NCBI GenBank assembly: GCA_015067785.1
Contig: SVLR01000010.1
Span: 1,915 to 65,914, forward strand
Length of the DNA: 64,000 bases
Reading direction: 5' to 3'
From: Oscillospiraceae bacterium
GTDB taxonomy: Bacteria; Bacillota; Clostridia; Oscillospirales; Oscillospiraceae
The notes beneath the pieces are model-generated. The model did not search any database. It worked only from the letters and a program-made list of their open reading frames with translations, and was not told the DNA's origin. Shown one piece after another: positions 17,337 to 28,156 of this stretch. A program made the translations under genes and the position numbers. Every line of letters begins with the position of its first letter. Positions within the stretch are counted from its first letter, which is position 1.

Positions 17337-19085
17337 TTAGTGTGCAAATTGGCTTTCGTAGAGCTTGGCATAGAGGCCCTTTTTCTCCAAAAGCTCTGCG
17401 TGTTTGCCCTGTTCGACAATGTTGCCGTTTTCCATTACAAGAATACAGTCCGCTTCCTGAATGGTGGATAGTCTATGGGCGACCACAAAACTGGTGCGGC
17501 CTTGCATCAGGGTATCAAAGGCCTTTTGCACCTGCATTTCCGTCCGGGTGTCGATAGACGAGGTAGCTTCGTCTAAGATCAGCATAGGCGGCAGGCAGAG
17601 CATCAGTCTCGCGATACAAAGCAGCTGCTTCTGTCCCTGGGAAATATCACCGCCCAGCTCACCGATCACTGTGTCATAGCCCTTGGGCAGCCGGGAGATG
17701 AAGCTGTGGACCCGCGCCTGCTTTGCCGCTTCGATAATTTCCTCCTCGGTGGCTTCCGGGCGCCCCATTGCGATATTTTCCCGGATAGTGGCATTTTTCA
17801 GCCAGGTGTCCTGGAGCACCATACCGATACAGCTGCGGAGCGTCTCTCTACGCATCGTTTGGGTGTCCACACCGTCAATATAGATCCTGCCCTGATCCGG
17901 GTCATAAAAGCGCATCAAAAGGTTAATAAAGGTAGTCTTGCCGCAACCGGTAGGACCGACAATGGCGATCTTCTGACCGGCAGAGACCGTAAGGTCAATA
18001 TTTTGCAGCAGGGGCTTTTCCTTTGTATAGGAGAAGGACAGAGATCGAATGTCTACCCTGCCTGCCACATCCTCAGCCGCAGCGGGCATTTCCGGGTCAG
18101 GTGTCATTTCCGGGGCATCTAACAGTTCAAACACACGCCCAGCGCAGGCAATGGCATTTTGCAGCTCCGTCACCACGCCGGAGATCTCATTAAAGGGCTT
18201 GGTATACTGATTGGCGTAGTTTAAGAAGCTGGTGAGATTTCCCACCGTGATCCCGCCGCCAATGGCCATCAGCGCACCCACAAGACCCACACCGGCATAA
18301 ACGAGGGAATTGACAAACCGGGTAGACGGATTGGTAAGGGACGAGAAGAAAATTGCCTTCAGGGAGCTTTTTTCCAGTAGCTCGTTGGACTTGTCAAAAA
18401 CCTCCAGGGATGTCTTTTCGTGGCCAAAGGCCTGCACCACCTTGATACCGCCAACCGTCTCATCGATCAGCGCAGTCTGTGCGCCCCGGGCTTCTGTTTG
18501 GGTCCGGAACATATTGTAGGTGCTCTTTGCGATGAAGCTCGCAACCAGTAACGAAAGCGGTGTCACGAGCACCACCACAAGGGCGATCTGCCAGCTTGTT
18601 ATCAGCATAAACAGCAGCGTTCCGAGTATGGTGAGCACACCGGTAAAAAACTGGGTAAAGCCCATCAGTAGCCCATCCGCAAAGGTATCTACATCCACGA
18701 TGACCCGGCTGACAATGTCACCCTGCGAAAACTGATCGAGGTAAGATAGGGGCAGCTTTTGGATATGGCGGAAGGCTTCGTTGCGGATGTCCCGGGAGAC
18801 CCGGAAGGTGATGCGGTTATTCATCTGGCTCATCAGCCATTGGGAAAGCGCACAGACGCCGGTGCAAAGCAAAACCGTGCAAAGGTACATACTGACCTTT
18901 CCAAAATCCACCCGATCTGCTTCGATCATAAAGTCGATGGTGCTTCCCACAAGGACCGGGATGGCAAGAGAGCTTACCACCGACACCACCGCAAGAAAAA
19001 GGGAAAGGCATACAAGAGCGATATATTTGCGAATATACCGAAGAATACGGGAAATAACAGCGATTTTCTTCTGATTATCAGCCAT
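17337..19085 (-). CDS. ABC exporter, permease/ATPase subunit B
   Basis: TMD plus GPTGCGKT, ISQGQKQ, LILDEATS, AHRLST. Confidence 0.92.
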   Translation of the reverse strand: MADNQKKIAVISRILRYIRKYIALVCLSLFLAVVSVVSSLAIPVLVGSTIDFMIEADRVDFGKVSMYLCTVLLCTGVCALSQWLMSQMNNRITFRVSRDIRNEAFRHIQKLPLSYLDQFSQGDIVSRVIVDVDTFADGLLMGFTQFFTGVLTILGTLLFMLITSWQIALVVVLVTPLSLLVASFIAKSTYNMFRTQTEARGAQTALIDETVGGIKVVQAFGHEKTSLEVFDKSNELLEKSSLKAIFFSSLTNPSTRFVNSLVYAGVGLVGALMAIGGGITVGNLTSFLNYANQYTKPFNEISGVVTELQNAIACAGRVFELLDAPEMTPDPEMPAAAEDVAGRVDIRSLSFSYTKEKPLLQNIDLTVSAGQKIAIVGPTGCGKTTFINLLMRFYDPDQGRIYIDGVDTQTMRRETLRSCIGMVLQDTWLKNATIRENIAMGRPEATEEEIIEAAKQARVHSFISRLPKGYDTVIGELGGDISQGQKQLLCIARLMLCLPPMLILDEATSSIDTRTEMQVQKAFDTLMQGRTSFVVAHRLSTIQEADCILVMENGNIVEQGKHAELLEKKGLYAKLYESQFAH

Positions 19086-20805
19086 TATCCGTCACCTCCT
19101 GGGGAAACTGGGTGCGGTAGATCTCCCGGTAGACCGGGCAAGTTTTGAGCAATTCTTCGCTTGTCCCCTGCCCTATCACAGCGCCATCCTCTAATACGAG
19201 GATCATATCCGCATGGCGAATGGATGCCGCCCTTTGGGAGACGATAAAAGTAGTGGGCATCGGATCGAGGGAGCGGATCGCGCCGCGGAGATTCGCATCG
19301 GTGGCATAGTCCAGCGCAGAGGCACTGTCATCCAAAATGAGGATAGCAGGCCTTCTGACCAGCGCTCTTGCGATGGCAAGGCGCTGTTTTTGACCGCCGG
19401 AAAAATTCCGTCCCCCCTGCTCTACCATTGTGTCGAGGCCTTCTTTTTTGTCTGTCACAAAGTGGGCTTGGGCAAGGCGCAGAGCTTCCAGCATTTCTTC
19501 ATCGGTTGCATCTTCCTTGCCCCAACGGAGGTTATCCCGGACAGTTCCCGCAAAAAGGAGATTGTTTTGGGGCACAATGCCGATTCTTTGGCAGACCGCC
19601 TTTGCGCCCAAGGTATTGACATCTCGGTCATCCAAAAGTACGGTGCCTTCACTGGCGGCATATAATCCGGGAATCAAATTCACGAGCGTTGTCTTTCCAG
19701 AGCCGGTGCCGCCGATGATGCCCACCGTCTGTCCCGGCAGTGCTGTGAAGCGAACGCCTGTAAGGGCAGGCGCAGCAGCATCGGCATAGGTGATGGAGAC
19801 ATTTCGAAATTCTACTTTACCGCCCAGCTCTGCCGCGTTCCCATTGTCTTCTGCCGCCGGGATCTCCAGTACAGACTGGATGCGGCCTGCGCAGGCGGCA
19901 GCCTTGGTCATACTGATGATCAGATTTGCCATCTTGATCAGCTCCACCAGAATCTGGGACATATAGTTATATAGCGCAATGACCATACCCTGGGTCAGTA
20001 CACCGGTATAGACCTTGATGGCACCTACCTGCATCAGCAAAATGATGGCAAGGTTAATAAGCACAAAGGTCAGCGGATTCATAAGATTCGAGATCGCACC
20101 CGCTTGCTGCTGTCCTTTTGCCAAGGCTTCTGTCTTTTCTTCGAACTGCGCCGTCTCCTGCTTTTCCATCCGGAAAGCACGGAGTACGCGAATACCGGTC
20201 AGGTTCTCCCGGGTCGCGCCGGTCACACCGTCTAATTTTTGCTGTACACTTTTGTATGCAGGCATGGTGATCAGCATAATGCCAAAGACCACCACGCACA
20301 AAAGACAGATAATGCCCGCAAAGACGAGGGCTGCTTCTGCATCAATGGTAAATGCCATCACCATCGCACCGAATACCACAAAGGGAGAACGCAGCAGCAG
20401 GCGCAGTGCCAAGTTGACGCCGTTTTGAACTTGGTTGACATCGGAGGTCATCCGGGTAATGAAGGTTGCCGTACCCGCCTTGTCAAGCTGGGTGTAGTTT
20501 AGCTTTAAGATGTGCGCCATCACCGCGTGGCGAACCCGGGCGGCAAAGCCTACTGCCGCCTTTGCGGCAAAATACTGGGCGATCACCGCGCTTATAAGGC
20601 CGATAACGCCCAATAAAACCATAATCAGGGACATTTTCATGATATGCCCCTTATCCCCTGCTGCAATGCCGGTATCTACGATTCCAGCAACCACCAGCGG
20701 AATGAGCAGCTCAAAGCTGGCTTCCAGCAACTTAAACAGCGGACCAAGGGCGCATTCCTTGCCGTAGCCCTTCATGTATTTCAGAAGTTTTTTCAATATG
20801 TTCAC
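19078..20805 (-). CDS. ABC exporter, permease/ATPase subunit A (degenerate site)
   Basis: GGTGSGKT, FSGGQKQR, LILDDS, SQR switch, typical of a heterodimeric exporter partner. Confidence 0.92.
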   Translation of the reverse strand: MNILKKLLKYMKGYGKECALGPLFKLLEASFELLIPLVVAGIVDTGIAAGDKGHIMKMSLIMVLLGVIGLISAVIAQYFAAKAAVGFAARVRHAVMAHILKLNYTQLDKAGTATFITRMTSDVNQVQNGVNLALRLLLRSPFVVFGAMVMAFTIDAEAALVFAGIICLLCVVVFGIMLITMPAYKSVQQKLDGVTGATRENLTGIRVLRAFRMEKQETAQFEEKTEALAKGQQQAGAISNLMNPLTFVLINLAIILLMQVGAIKVYTGVLTQGMVIALYNYMSQILVELIKMANLIISMTKAAACAGRIQSVLEIPAAEDNGNAAELGGKVEFRNVSITYADAAAPALTGVRFTALPGQTVGIIGGTGSGKTTLVNLIPGLYAASEGTVLLDDRDVNTLGAKAVCQRIGIVPQNNLLFAGTVRDNLRWGKEDATDEEMLEALRLAQAHFVTDKKEGLDTMVEQGGRNFSGGQKQRLAIARALVRRPAILILDDSASALDYATDANLRGAIRSLDPMPTTFIVSQRAASIRHADMILVLEDGAVIGQGTSEELLKTCPVYREIYRTQFPQEVTDNG

Positions 20806-20863
20806 CTCAGTTTCTCAAAACAGCCCTATTATAGCACCAATTACCCTGAAGGGCAACAATAAA

Positions 20864-20898
20864 AAGAAACCCGACCCCGGTTGGGGTCGGATTTCTTT
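20864..20898 (-). terminator. terminator after tRNA-Thr
   Basis: AAGAAACCCGACCCC..GGGGTCGGATTTCTT. Confidence 0.75.
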
Positions 20899-20974
20899 TG
20901 GAGCTAGTGACCTGACTCGAACAGGCGACCTTCTCATTACGAGTGAGATGCACTACCGACTGTGCTACACTAGC
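20899..20974 (-). tRNA. tRNA-Thr(CGT)
   Basis: 76-nt cloverleaf GCTAGTG...CACTAGCTCCA, anticodon arm TCTCA-CT-CGT-AA-TGAGA. Confidence 0.95.
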
Positions 20975-20984
20975 AAGCTCAAGT

Positions 20985-21013
20985 ATTATAACTTGAATTT
21001 TCTTTTCTGTCAA
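20985..21013 (-). promoter_or_regulatory. sigma-A promoter of tRNA-Thr
   Basis: TTGACA-17bp-TATAAT perfect consensus. Confidence 0.85.
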
Positions 21014-21041
21014 CTGATAAATAAAAGAAAACCGGTGCACT

Positions 21042-21506
21042 TTAATTTTTAGAAAGAATCAGCTCCAGCGCTGCTTCTGCTGCTTGGGCACGAACAGCAT
21101 CCCGGTCTCCTGAAAACAAGAAAGAAACGGCTTCCGCTCCCCGATCGTCTGCATAGCCGATATAGACCGTGCCCACCGGATTTCCGTAGTCATTGCCACC
21201 GGGTCCTGCGAGACCGGTCACAGAAACGGCAATGTCCGCGTTCAGCGCCTGTCTTGCCCCTTCTGCCATTGCCTTTGCCACCGGGGCAGATACCGCGCCT
21301 TCCCTATCAAGAAGCGTTTTATCTACACCCAGAAGCTTGTGCTTTATTTCATTTGTATAGGAGATAATGCCGCCCTTATAGACATTCGAACTACCCGGCA
21401 CAGCGGTAAGCATTTGCCCGATCATACCGCCGGTACAGCTCTCTGCGGTGGCAAGGGTTTTTCCTGCAAGGATCAGTAAAACCTTAGAGGTAAGGTGTGT
21501 CATCAT
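21042..21506 (-). CDS. pncC: CinA C-terminal domain / NMN deamidase PncC
   Basis: AESCTGG, GAVS, AMAEGA, TGLAGPGG, PVGTVYIG. Confidence 0.88.
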   Translation of the reverse strand: MMTHLTSKVLLILAGKTLATAESCTGGMIGQMLTAVPGSSNVYKGGIISYTNEIKHKLLGVDKTLLDREGAVSAPVAKAMAEGARQALNADIAVSVTGLAGPGGNDYGNPVGTVYIGYADDRGAEAVSFLFSGDRDAVRAQAAEAALELILSKN

Positions 21507-22674
21507 ATTTCACCGTAATTTTTTCGACGCTTGCAAGCGCCTCCTCGATAAGCATTTGTCTGTCAAGACTCGCTTCTGCTTCCACGACCTGAGAAAGCAC
21601 CGGCTTTGTTCTGGGGTGCTTGGGGGTAAAGACAGTACAGCAGTCCTCATAAGGCAAAATCGATGTATCCAACGTGCCGATCTTCCGGGCGATGGTCACG
21701 ATCTCCTCCTTGTCCATACCAACCAGCGGCATAAAGATGGGAATGTCCACCACCGCACCGGTAACTGCCATTGCCTGCATGGTCTGACTTGCTACCTGAC
21801 CCAAATTCTCGCCTGTAATGAGCGCGCCACAGCCGTCGGGCAATGCGATCCGCTGGGATATCTCCATCATAAATCGGCGCATGATCAGGGTAAAGTATTC
21901 TTCCGGGCAGTTATCCCGAATTGCTTCCTGAATTTTTGTAAAGCTGACCACATTGACGGTCATTCTGCCACAGTAACGGGTCACCAGCCGAGCAAGCTCC
22001 ATCACTTTATTACGGGCAAGCTGTGAGGTATAAGGATAAGAGAAGAAATGAACACATTCCACCTCTACGCCACGCTTTGCCATCATATAGGCCGCCACGG
22101 GAGAGTCGATACCGCCGGAGAGCAGGCACATTGCCCTGCCGCCTACACCGGTGGGCAGTCCGCCGGCACCCGGCTCCGCGGGACCGTGGACATAGGCTGC
22201 AAGATCACGGACCTCCACATAGACGATATATTCCGGCTTTCGCACATCAACGGCACAGGTGGGGTGCGCATCTGCAAGCCGTCCGCCGATCTCCCGGGAT
22301 ATCTCCATAGAATTCATAGGAAACGCCTTATCGGAGCGCTTGGACTCCACCTTAAAGGACTTTGCCATATCCAGATCGTCGCCCAGATAAGCCTCTGCAG
22401 TCTCATAGATCCGGTCGATATTCTTTTCGCAGGGGCGGCATCGGCAGATGCTTACCACACCGAAGATCGCGTGACAAGCCTCCCAAGCACCTTCCACATC
22501 TGCCATATCGTCCATAGGCTCCACATAGACCGTGGACTGCATAATATATATATCGAAATTGCCGTACATCTTCATTCTGCGGCGGATGTTCTGACGCAGT
22601 CTGTCTTCAAATTGACGGCGGTTTGCGCCCTTGAGCACGATCTCGCCTAATTTTAATAAAAAGATTTCTTTCAA
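21484..22674 (-). CDS. thiI: tRNA 4-thiouridine synthase ThiI
   Basis: GEIVLKG.NR, THUMP domain, LLSGGIDSPVA PP-loop, TGENLGQVASQT. Confidence 0.95.
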   Translation of the reverse strand: MKEIFLLKLGEIVLKGANRRQFEDRLRQNIRRRMKMYGNFDIYIMQSTVYVEPMDDMADVEGAWEACHAIFGVVSICRCRPCEKNIDRIYETAEAYLGDDLDMAKSFKVESKRSDKAFPMNSMEISREIGGRLADAHPTCAVDVRKPEYIVYVEVRDLAAYVHGPAEPGAGGLPTGVGGRAMCLLSGGIDSPVAAYMMAKRGVEVECVHFFSYPYTSQLARNKVMELARLVTRYCGRMTVNVVSFTKIQEAIRDNCPEEYFTLIMRRFMMEISQRIALPDGCGALITGENLGQVASQTMQAMAVTGAVVDIPIFMPLVGMDKEEIVTIARKIGTLDTSILPYEDCCTVFTPKHPRTKPVLSQVVEAEASLDRQMLIEEALASVEKITVKYDDTPYL

Positions 22675-22688
22675 AGCTAATACCTCTC

Positions 22689-24197
22689 TTAAAGTTCTAC
22701 AGTTCTGTAATGAATGGCTTCCGCAAGATGCTCGGTGGTAATATCGCGGCTGCCGTCCAAGTCTGCAATGGTCCGGGCGACCTTGAGTATCCGGTCGTAA
22801 CTCCGGGCGGTCAGTCCAAATGTGTCAAACGCCATTTTCATCAGCTCCGCGCCTGCATCGTCGATCCCGCAATGGAAGCGTAGCTCATTAGGACCCATCC
22901 GGGCATTGCACATACCGCTGCTTTCTCCAAAACGGCGGTTTTGTATGTCTCTGGCAGCGTTGACCCGTTCCTTGATCTTCGCGGAGGGCTCTGCCTCCTC
23001 CCTGCGGCGCAGGTTTTCAAAATCTACAGCAGGTACCTCTACGATAATATCAATTCTGTCCAAAAGCGGGCCGGAAATACGGCTTCTGTAATTCTTCACC
23101 GACTGCTCCGAGCAGGTGCATTTTCTGGAGGGATCCCCGTACCAGCCGCATTTGCAGGGGTTCATCGCGCAGACCATCATAAATTCTGCAGGGTAGTTAA
23201 AGGAGCCGGACACCCGGGCAATGGTCACCTCACCCTCCTCCAAGGGCTGACGCATCAGATCCAGTGTGTCCTTGCGGAACTCCGGCAACTCGTCCAAAAA
23301 CAGCACACCCTTGTGGGCGAGGGATATTTCACCCGGCTTCGGGTTGCTGCCGCCACCGACCAAGCCTGCATTGGAAATGGTATGGTGGGGACTGCGGAAG
23401 GGACGCCGGCGAACCAGCGGTGACTTCGGTGACAGCATACCCATTACGGAGTATATCTGTGTGACATCCAAAGACTCTTTCCATGTCATATCCGGCAGGA
23501 TAGAGGGCAGTCTGCGGCTAAGCATACTTTTGCCTGCACCGGGAGGGCCAATGAGCAGTACATTGTGACCGCCGGCAGCAGCCACCTCCATTGCACGCTT
23601 TACATTTTCCTGACCCAGCACATCCTTAAAGTCCAACGCCTCTGTTTCCTGCGGCTCCGGGACCCAAATCGGCTCCTCTGTCAGCTCCCGTTCTCCGTTG
23701 AGGGCTTCGATCAGCTCACGGACCGTATGGATGGGCATAATGGCAGGACCCCGCGCCAAGGTAGCCTCCGGCGCGTTTTCTGCAGGAACGAACACATGGG
23801 TAAAGCCGGCCTGCTTTGCAGCGATCGCCATGGGCAGAACACCGGTAATGGGTCGGATCTCCCCGTCCAGACTGACCTCGCCCAAAAAGGCGGTGGTGGA
23901 TTTTGGCCTGCGGACAGCGCCGCTTGCACACAAAATACTAAGGAGTATGGGTAAATCGAAATGCGTACCTGCCTTCTTTAAGCTGGCAGGCGCCAAATTG
24001 ACTGTGATCCGTCCTGTGGGGAATTTCATTCCGCTGTTCTTGGCTGCTGCACGGACGCGCTCCCGGGCCTCTTTGACCGCCGCGTCCGGAAGACCTACCA
24101 CTTCAAAAGCCGGCAGACCGTTGGATATATAGCATTCCACCCGGATTGCATTTCCCCGGATGCCGGTAATACTCATCGTATGTACACTGCAAATCAT
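22689..24197 (-). CDS. comM: YifB/ComM Mg-chelatase-like AAA ATPase
   Basis: VGLPDAAVKE, GPPGAGKS, PFRSPHH, GVLFLDELPEF, ARTIADL. Confidence 0.93.
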   Translation of the reverse strand: MICSVHTMSITGIRGNAIRVECYISNGLPAFEVVGLPDAAVKEARERVRAAAKNSGMKFPTGRITVNLAPASLKKAGTHFDLPILLSILCASGAVRRPKSTTAFLGEVSLDGEIRPITGVLPMAIAAKQAGFTHVFVPAENAPEATLARGPAIMPIHTVRELIEALNGERELTEEPIWVPEPQETEALDFKDVLGQENVKRAMEVAAAGGHNVLLIGPPGAGKSMLSRRLPSILPDMTWKESLDVTQIYSVMGMLSPKSPLVRRRPFRSPHHTISNAGLVGGGSNPKPGEISLAHKGVLFLDELPEFRKDTLDLMRQPLEEGEVTIARVSGSFNYPAEFMMVCAMNPCKCGWYGDPSRKCTCSEQSVKNYRSRISGPLLDRIDIIVEVPAVDFENLRRREEAEPSAKIKERVNAARDIQNRRFGESSGMCNARMGPNELRFHCGIDDAGAELMKMAFDTFGLTARSYDRILKVARTIADLDGSRDITTEHLAEAIHYRTVEL

Positions 24198-24394
24198 CGT
24201 GCCATCTCCCCTGCATCATTTGGATATATCATACCCTATTTACCTTAAAAAGACAATTCTTTTTTTCTTTCTATAAAAAATAACAACATAATCCCACTTT
24301 TTTCCCCACTTGGTCAGGATTATTGCTTTACAAACGCGGAAAAAGATGCTATTATATACGCGCAAAAATTGAATACTTTAGGAGGTATTTTGAA

Positions 24395-27300
24395 TTGGCA
24401 AGAAAATTTAAGACAATGGACGGCAATACCGCTGCTGCCCACGTCAGCTATGCCTTTACAGAAGTAGCTGGCATCTACCCCATTACCCCCTCCAGCCCCA
24501 TGGCCGACTATGTTGACCAGTGGTCCGCTGCAGGCCGTAAGAACATCTTCGGCAATACCGTCAAGGTCGTTGAGATGCAGTCCGAGGCAGGTGCCGCAGG
24601 TACTGTTCACGGCTCTCTGGCCGCCGGTGCCCTGACCACCACTTATACCGCTTCTCAGGGTCTGCTGCTGATGATCCCCAATATGTATAAGATCGCCGGC
24701 GAGCTGCTGCCCAGCGTGTTCCATGTCTCTGCCCGTACCGTAGCTACCCAGGCGCTGAACATCTTCGGTGACCATTCCGACGTTTACGCTTGCCGTCAGA
24801 CCGGTTTTGCTATGCTGTGTGAGACCAACGTTCAGGAAGTTATGGACCTGGGTGCTGTTGCACACCTGGCAGCTTTGGAAGGCCGTGTTCCCTTCATCAA
24901 CTTCTTCGATGGCTTCCGTACCTCTCACGAGATCCAGAAGATCGCTATCTGGGACTACGAGGATCTGAAGGAAATGACCAATATGGATGCTGTGGACGCA
25001 TTCCGCAAGCACTCTTTGAACCCCGAGCGCCCCGCAATGCGCGGCTCTCACGAGAACGATGATATCTTCTTCCAGCACCGCGAGGCCTGCAATAAGTACT
25101 ACACCGCTCTGCCCGCAGTTGTGGAGAAGTACATGGCTAAGGTCAACGAGAAGCTGGGCACCAACTATCAGCTGTTTAACTACTACGGTGCGCCCGACGC
25201 TGACCGCGTCATCGTTGCTATGGGCTCCATCAACGACGTTATCGAGGAAGTTATCGACTATTTGAACGCCCACGGCGAGAAGGTCGGCCTTGTTAAGGTC
25301 CGTCTGTTCCGTCCCTTCTGCGCTGAAAAGCTGCTTGCTGCTATTCCCGCAACCGCAAAGAAGATCGCGGTTCTGGACCGCACCAAGGAGCCCGGCTCTC
25401 AGGGCGAGCCTCTGTATCAGGATGTTGTTATGGCTCTGGCTAAGGCCGGCAAGAATGATGTTACCGTCATCGGCGGCCGTTACGGTCTGGGTTCCAAGGA
25501 TACCCACCCCGCTTCCGTATTTGCTGTTTACGAGGAGCTGGCAAAGGATGCGCCCAAGCATGAGTTCACCGTCGGTATCGTTGACGACATAACCAACCTG
25601 AGCCTTGAGGAGAAGGGCTCCCCCAACACCGCTGCAGAAGGCACCATCGAGTGCAAGTTCTGGGGTCTGGGCGGCGACGGCACCGTCGGTGCAAACAAGA
25701 ACTCCATCAAGATCATCGGTGACCACACCGACAAGTTCGTACAGGCTTACTTCCAGTACGACTCCAAGAAGACTGGTGGTGTTACCGTTTCCCACCTGCG
25801 CTTCGGTGACAAGGCTATCAAGTCTCCCTACTACATCAACAAGGCTGACTTCGTTGCCTGCCACAACCCCTCCTATATCACCAAGGGCTTCAAGATCGTT
25901 CAGGACGTAAAGCCCGGCGGTGTATTCCTCATCAACTGCCAGTGGACCCTCGACGAGCTGGAGCATCACTTAGATGCCGCTTCCAAGCGCTACATCGCTG
26001 AGAATAACATCCAGCTCTACACCATCAATGCTATCGACCTGGCTATCAAGGTTGGTATGGGCAAGCGCACCAACACCATTCTGCAGTCCGCTTTCTTCAG
26101 CCTTGCAAAGGTTATGCCCGAAAGCGAGGCCATCGGCTATATGAAGGCCGCTGCTGAGGCTTCCTACCTGAAGAAGGGCCGCGATGTTGTTGACAAGAAC
26201 TGGGATGCCATCGACGCCGGCGCTACCGCATATGTGAAGATCGATGTTCCCGCCGCTTGGGCTACCGCTGAGGCCGCCGCTGACGAGCTGAATCTGGAAG
26301 GCCCCGCTGACACCGTTAAGGTCGTTAAGACCATCCTCAACCCCGTTGGCAAGATGGACGGCTACAGCCTGCCTGTTTCCGCCTTCGACGGTCTGGCTGA
26401 CGGTCAGTTCCCCCTGGGCGCTGCTGCTTACGAGAAGCGTGGCGTTGCCGTCACCGTTCCTCACTGGGACGAGACCAAGTGTATCCAGTGTAACAACTGT
26501 GCTTATGTCTGCCCCCACGCAACCATCCGTCCCTTCGCTCTGACTGAGGCTGAGGCTGCTGCCGCTCCCGCTGCTGCACGCGTCGTTCCCATCAAGGCTG
26601 GCAAGGGCAAGGGTGTTTACTCCTACACCATGGCTGTTTCTCCTCTGGACTGCATGGGATGCGGCGTCTGTGTCGGCGTATGTCCCACCAAGGCTATCAA
26701 CATGGTACCTCAGGAGCAGGAGCTGGGCGAGCAGGAAGTCTTCAACTATATGGTCGCCAAGGTCGCTCAGAAGCCCGAAATGGAAGACAATTCCGTCAAG
26801 GGCAGCCAGTTCAAGAAGCCCTTGCTTGAGTTCTCCGGCTCCTGCGCAGGCTGTGCTGAGACCAGCTACGCTCGCCTTGTAACTCAGCTGTTCGGCGACC
26901 GTATGTATATCTCCAACGCTACCGGCTGCTCCTCCATCTGGGGCGGTCCCGCTGCTACCTCTCCCTACACTGTAAATGCTGACGGTCACGGTCCCGCATG
27001 GGCAAACTCCCTGTTCGAGGACAACGCTGAGCACGGTCTGGGTATGTACACCGCACAGGCTGTGATCCGTGAGTCTTTGGCTAACAAGGTCCGCACCGTT
27101 ATGGAGACCACTGTCTCCGACGAGCGCAAGGCTGCCTGCCAGGCTTGGCTGGACACCTTCAACGATGGCGAGGCCAACAAGGCTGCTACCAAGGCACTGA
27201 TCGCTAATCTGGAAGCAAAGGTCTGCTGCGACACCGTTAAGGAGATCCTCTCTCAGAAGGAATACCTCAGCAAGAAGTCCGTTTGGATCTTCGGTGGCGA

Positions 27301-27922
27301 CGGCTGGGCATACGACATCGGCTTCGGCGGTGTTGACCATGTGCTGGCCTCCAACAAGGATGTGAACATCTTTGTATTCGATACCGAGGTCTACTCCAAC
27401 ACCGGCGGTCAGGCTTCCAAGGCTTCCAACATCGGTCAGGTTGCTCAGTTCGCAGCCTCCGGTAAAGAGACCAAGAAGAAGAGCCTTGCTGAGATTGCAA
27501 TGAGCTACGGCTATGTCTATGTTGCCCAGATCGCTATGGGCGCAAACCAGGCACAGACCATCAAGGCTATCTGCGAGGCAGAGGCATACAACGGTCCTTC
27601 CCTGATCATCGGCTACGCTCCCTGTGAGATGCACTCCATTAAGGGCGGTATGATGAACTGCCAGGCTGAAATGAAGAAGGCTGTTGAGTGCGGCTACTGG
27701 AATCTGTTCCGCTTCGATCCCTCCAAGGAGACCGGCAAGTTTACTCTGGACTCCAAGGCTCCCAAGGATGGCTATCAGGAGTTCCTGATGAACGAGGCCC
27801 GCTACAGCAGACTTACCCGTGAGTTCCCCGAGCGTGCAACCGAGCTGTTCGCTAAGAACGAGGCTGCTGCCAAGGAGCGTTACGAGCACCTGCTGAAGCT
27901 GGTTGAGATGTACAAGGACTAA
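24395..27922 (+). CDS. nifJ: pyruvate:ferredoxin (flavodoxin) oxidoreductase
   Basis: YPITPSS, two CxxCxxC ferredoxin motifs, GGDGWAYDIG TPP motif; TTG start after GGAGG. Confidence 0.97.
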   Translation: MARKFKTMDGNTAAAHVSYAFTEVAGIYPITPSSPMADYVDQWSAAGRKNIFGNTVKVVEMQSEAGAAGTVHGSLAAGALTTTYTASQGLLLMIPNMYKIAGELLPSVFHVSARTVATQALNIFGDHSDVYACRQTGFAMLCETNVQEVMDLGAVAHLAALEGRVPFINFFDGFRTSHEIQKIAIWDYEDLKEMTNMDAVDAFRKHSLNPERPAMRGSHENDDIFFQHREACNKYYTALPAVVEKYMAKVNEKLGTNYQLFNYYGAPDADRVIVAMGSINDVIEEVIDYLNAHGEKVGLVKVRLFRPFCAEKLLAAIPATAKKIAVLDRTKEPGSQGEPLYQDVVMALAKAGKNDVTVIGGRYGLGSKDTHPASVFAVYEELAKDAPKHEFTVGIVDDITNLSLEEKGSPNTAAEGTIECKFWGLGGDGTVGANKNSIKIIGDHTDKFVQAYFQYDSKKTGGVTVSHLRFGDKAIKSPYYINKADFVACHNPSYITKGFKIVQDVKPGGVFLINCQWTLDELEHHLDAASKRYIAENNIQLYTINAIDLAIKVGMGKRTNTILQSAFFSLAKVMPESEAIGYMKAAAEASYLKKGRDVVDKNWDAIDAGATAYVKIDVPAAWATAEAAADELNLEGPADTVKVVKTILNPVGKMDGYSLPVSAFDGLADGQFPLGAAAYEKRGVAVTVPHWDETKCIQCNNCAYVCPHATIRPFALTEAEAAAAPAAARVVPIKAGKGKGVYSYTMAVSPLDCMGCGVCVGVCPTKAINMVPQEQELGEQEVFNYMVAKVAQKPEMEDNSVKGSQFKKPLLEFSGSCAGCAETSYARLVTQLFGDRMYISNATGCSSIWGGPAATSPYTVNADGHGPAWANSLFEDNAEHGLGMYTAQAVIRESLANKVRTVMETTVSDERKAACQAWLDTFNDGEANKAATKALIANLEAKVCCDTVKEILSQKEYLSKKSVWIFGGDGWAYDIGFGGVDHVLASNKDVNIFVFDTEVYSNTGGQASKASNIGQVAQFAASGKETKKKSLAEIAMSYGYVYVAQIAMGANQAQTIKAICEAEAYNGPSLIIGYAPCEMHSIKGGMMNCQAEMKKAVECGYWNLFRFDPSKETGKFTLDSKAPKDGYQEFLMNEARYSRLTREFPERATELFAKNEAAAKERYEHLLKLVEMYKD

Positions 27923-27951
27923 TCTCACCTAATCATTCCTAATTTTTTAAG

Positions 27952-27981
27952 CCCCTATTCGGGATTTTACCCGAATAGGGG
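27952..27981. terminator. element-borne terminator for nifJ/integrase
   Basis: CCCCTATTCGGG-atttta-CCCGAATAGGGG. Confidence 0.7.
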
Positions 27982-28024
27982 ATATTATTTCAAACTATTT
28001 AGCCTATTGTTTATTTTTACAAAA

Positions 28025-28049
28025 TCAAAAAACCAACAAAAAACCAACA
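28025..28049 (+). repeat. putative integrase arm-type site, copy 1
   Basis: TCAAAAAACCAACAAAAAACCAACA identical to 37294-37318. Confidence 0.75.
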
Positions 28050-28156
28050 GACTATAGTATTATCCAATTTGTTGCCCTATATGAAAATCAAGAGGCCCGG
28101 AATACTTCTCTCCCGAACCTCTGATAAATCAACATTGCGCATTGTATTTGTACAAC

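Noticed and set aside
24320-27928. Long antisense ORFs (549 and 652 aa) opposite nifJ
   Set aside because: Shadow frames produced by strong codon bias of a highly expressed gene; no RBS or recognisable motifs
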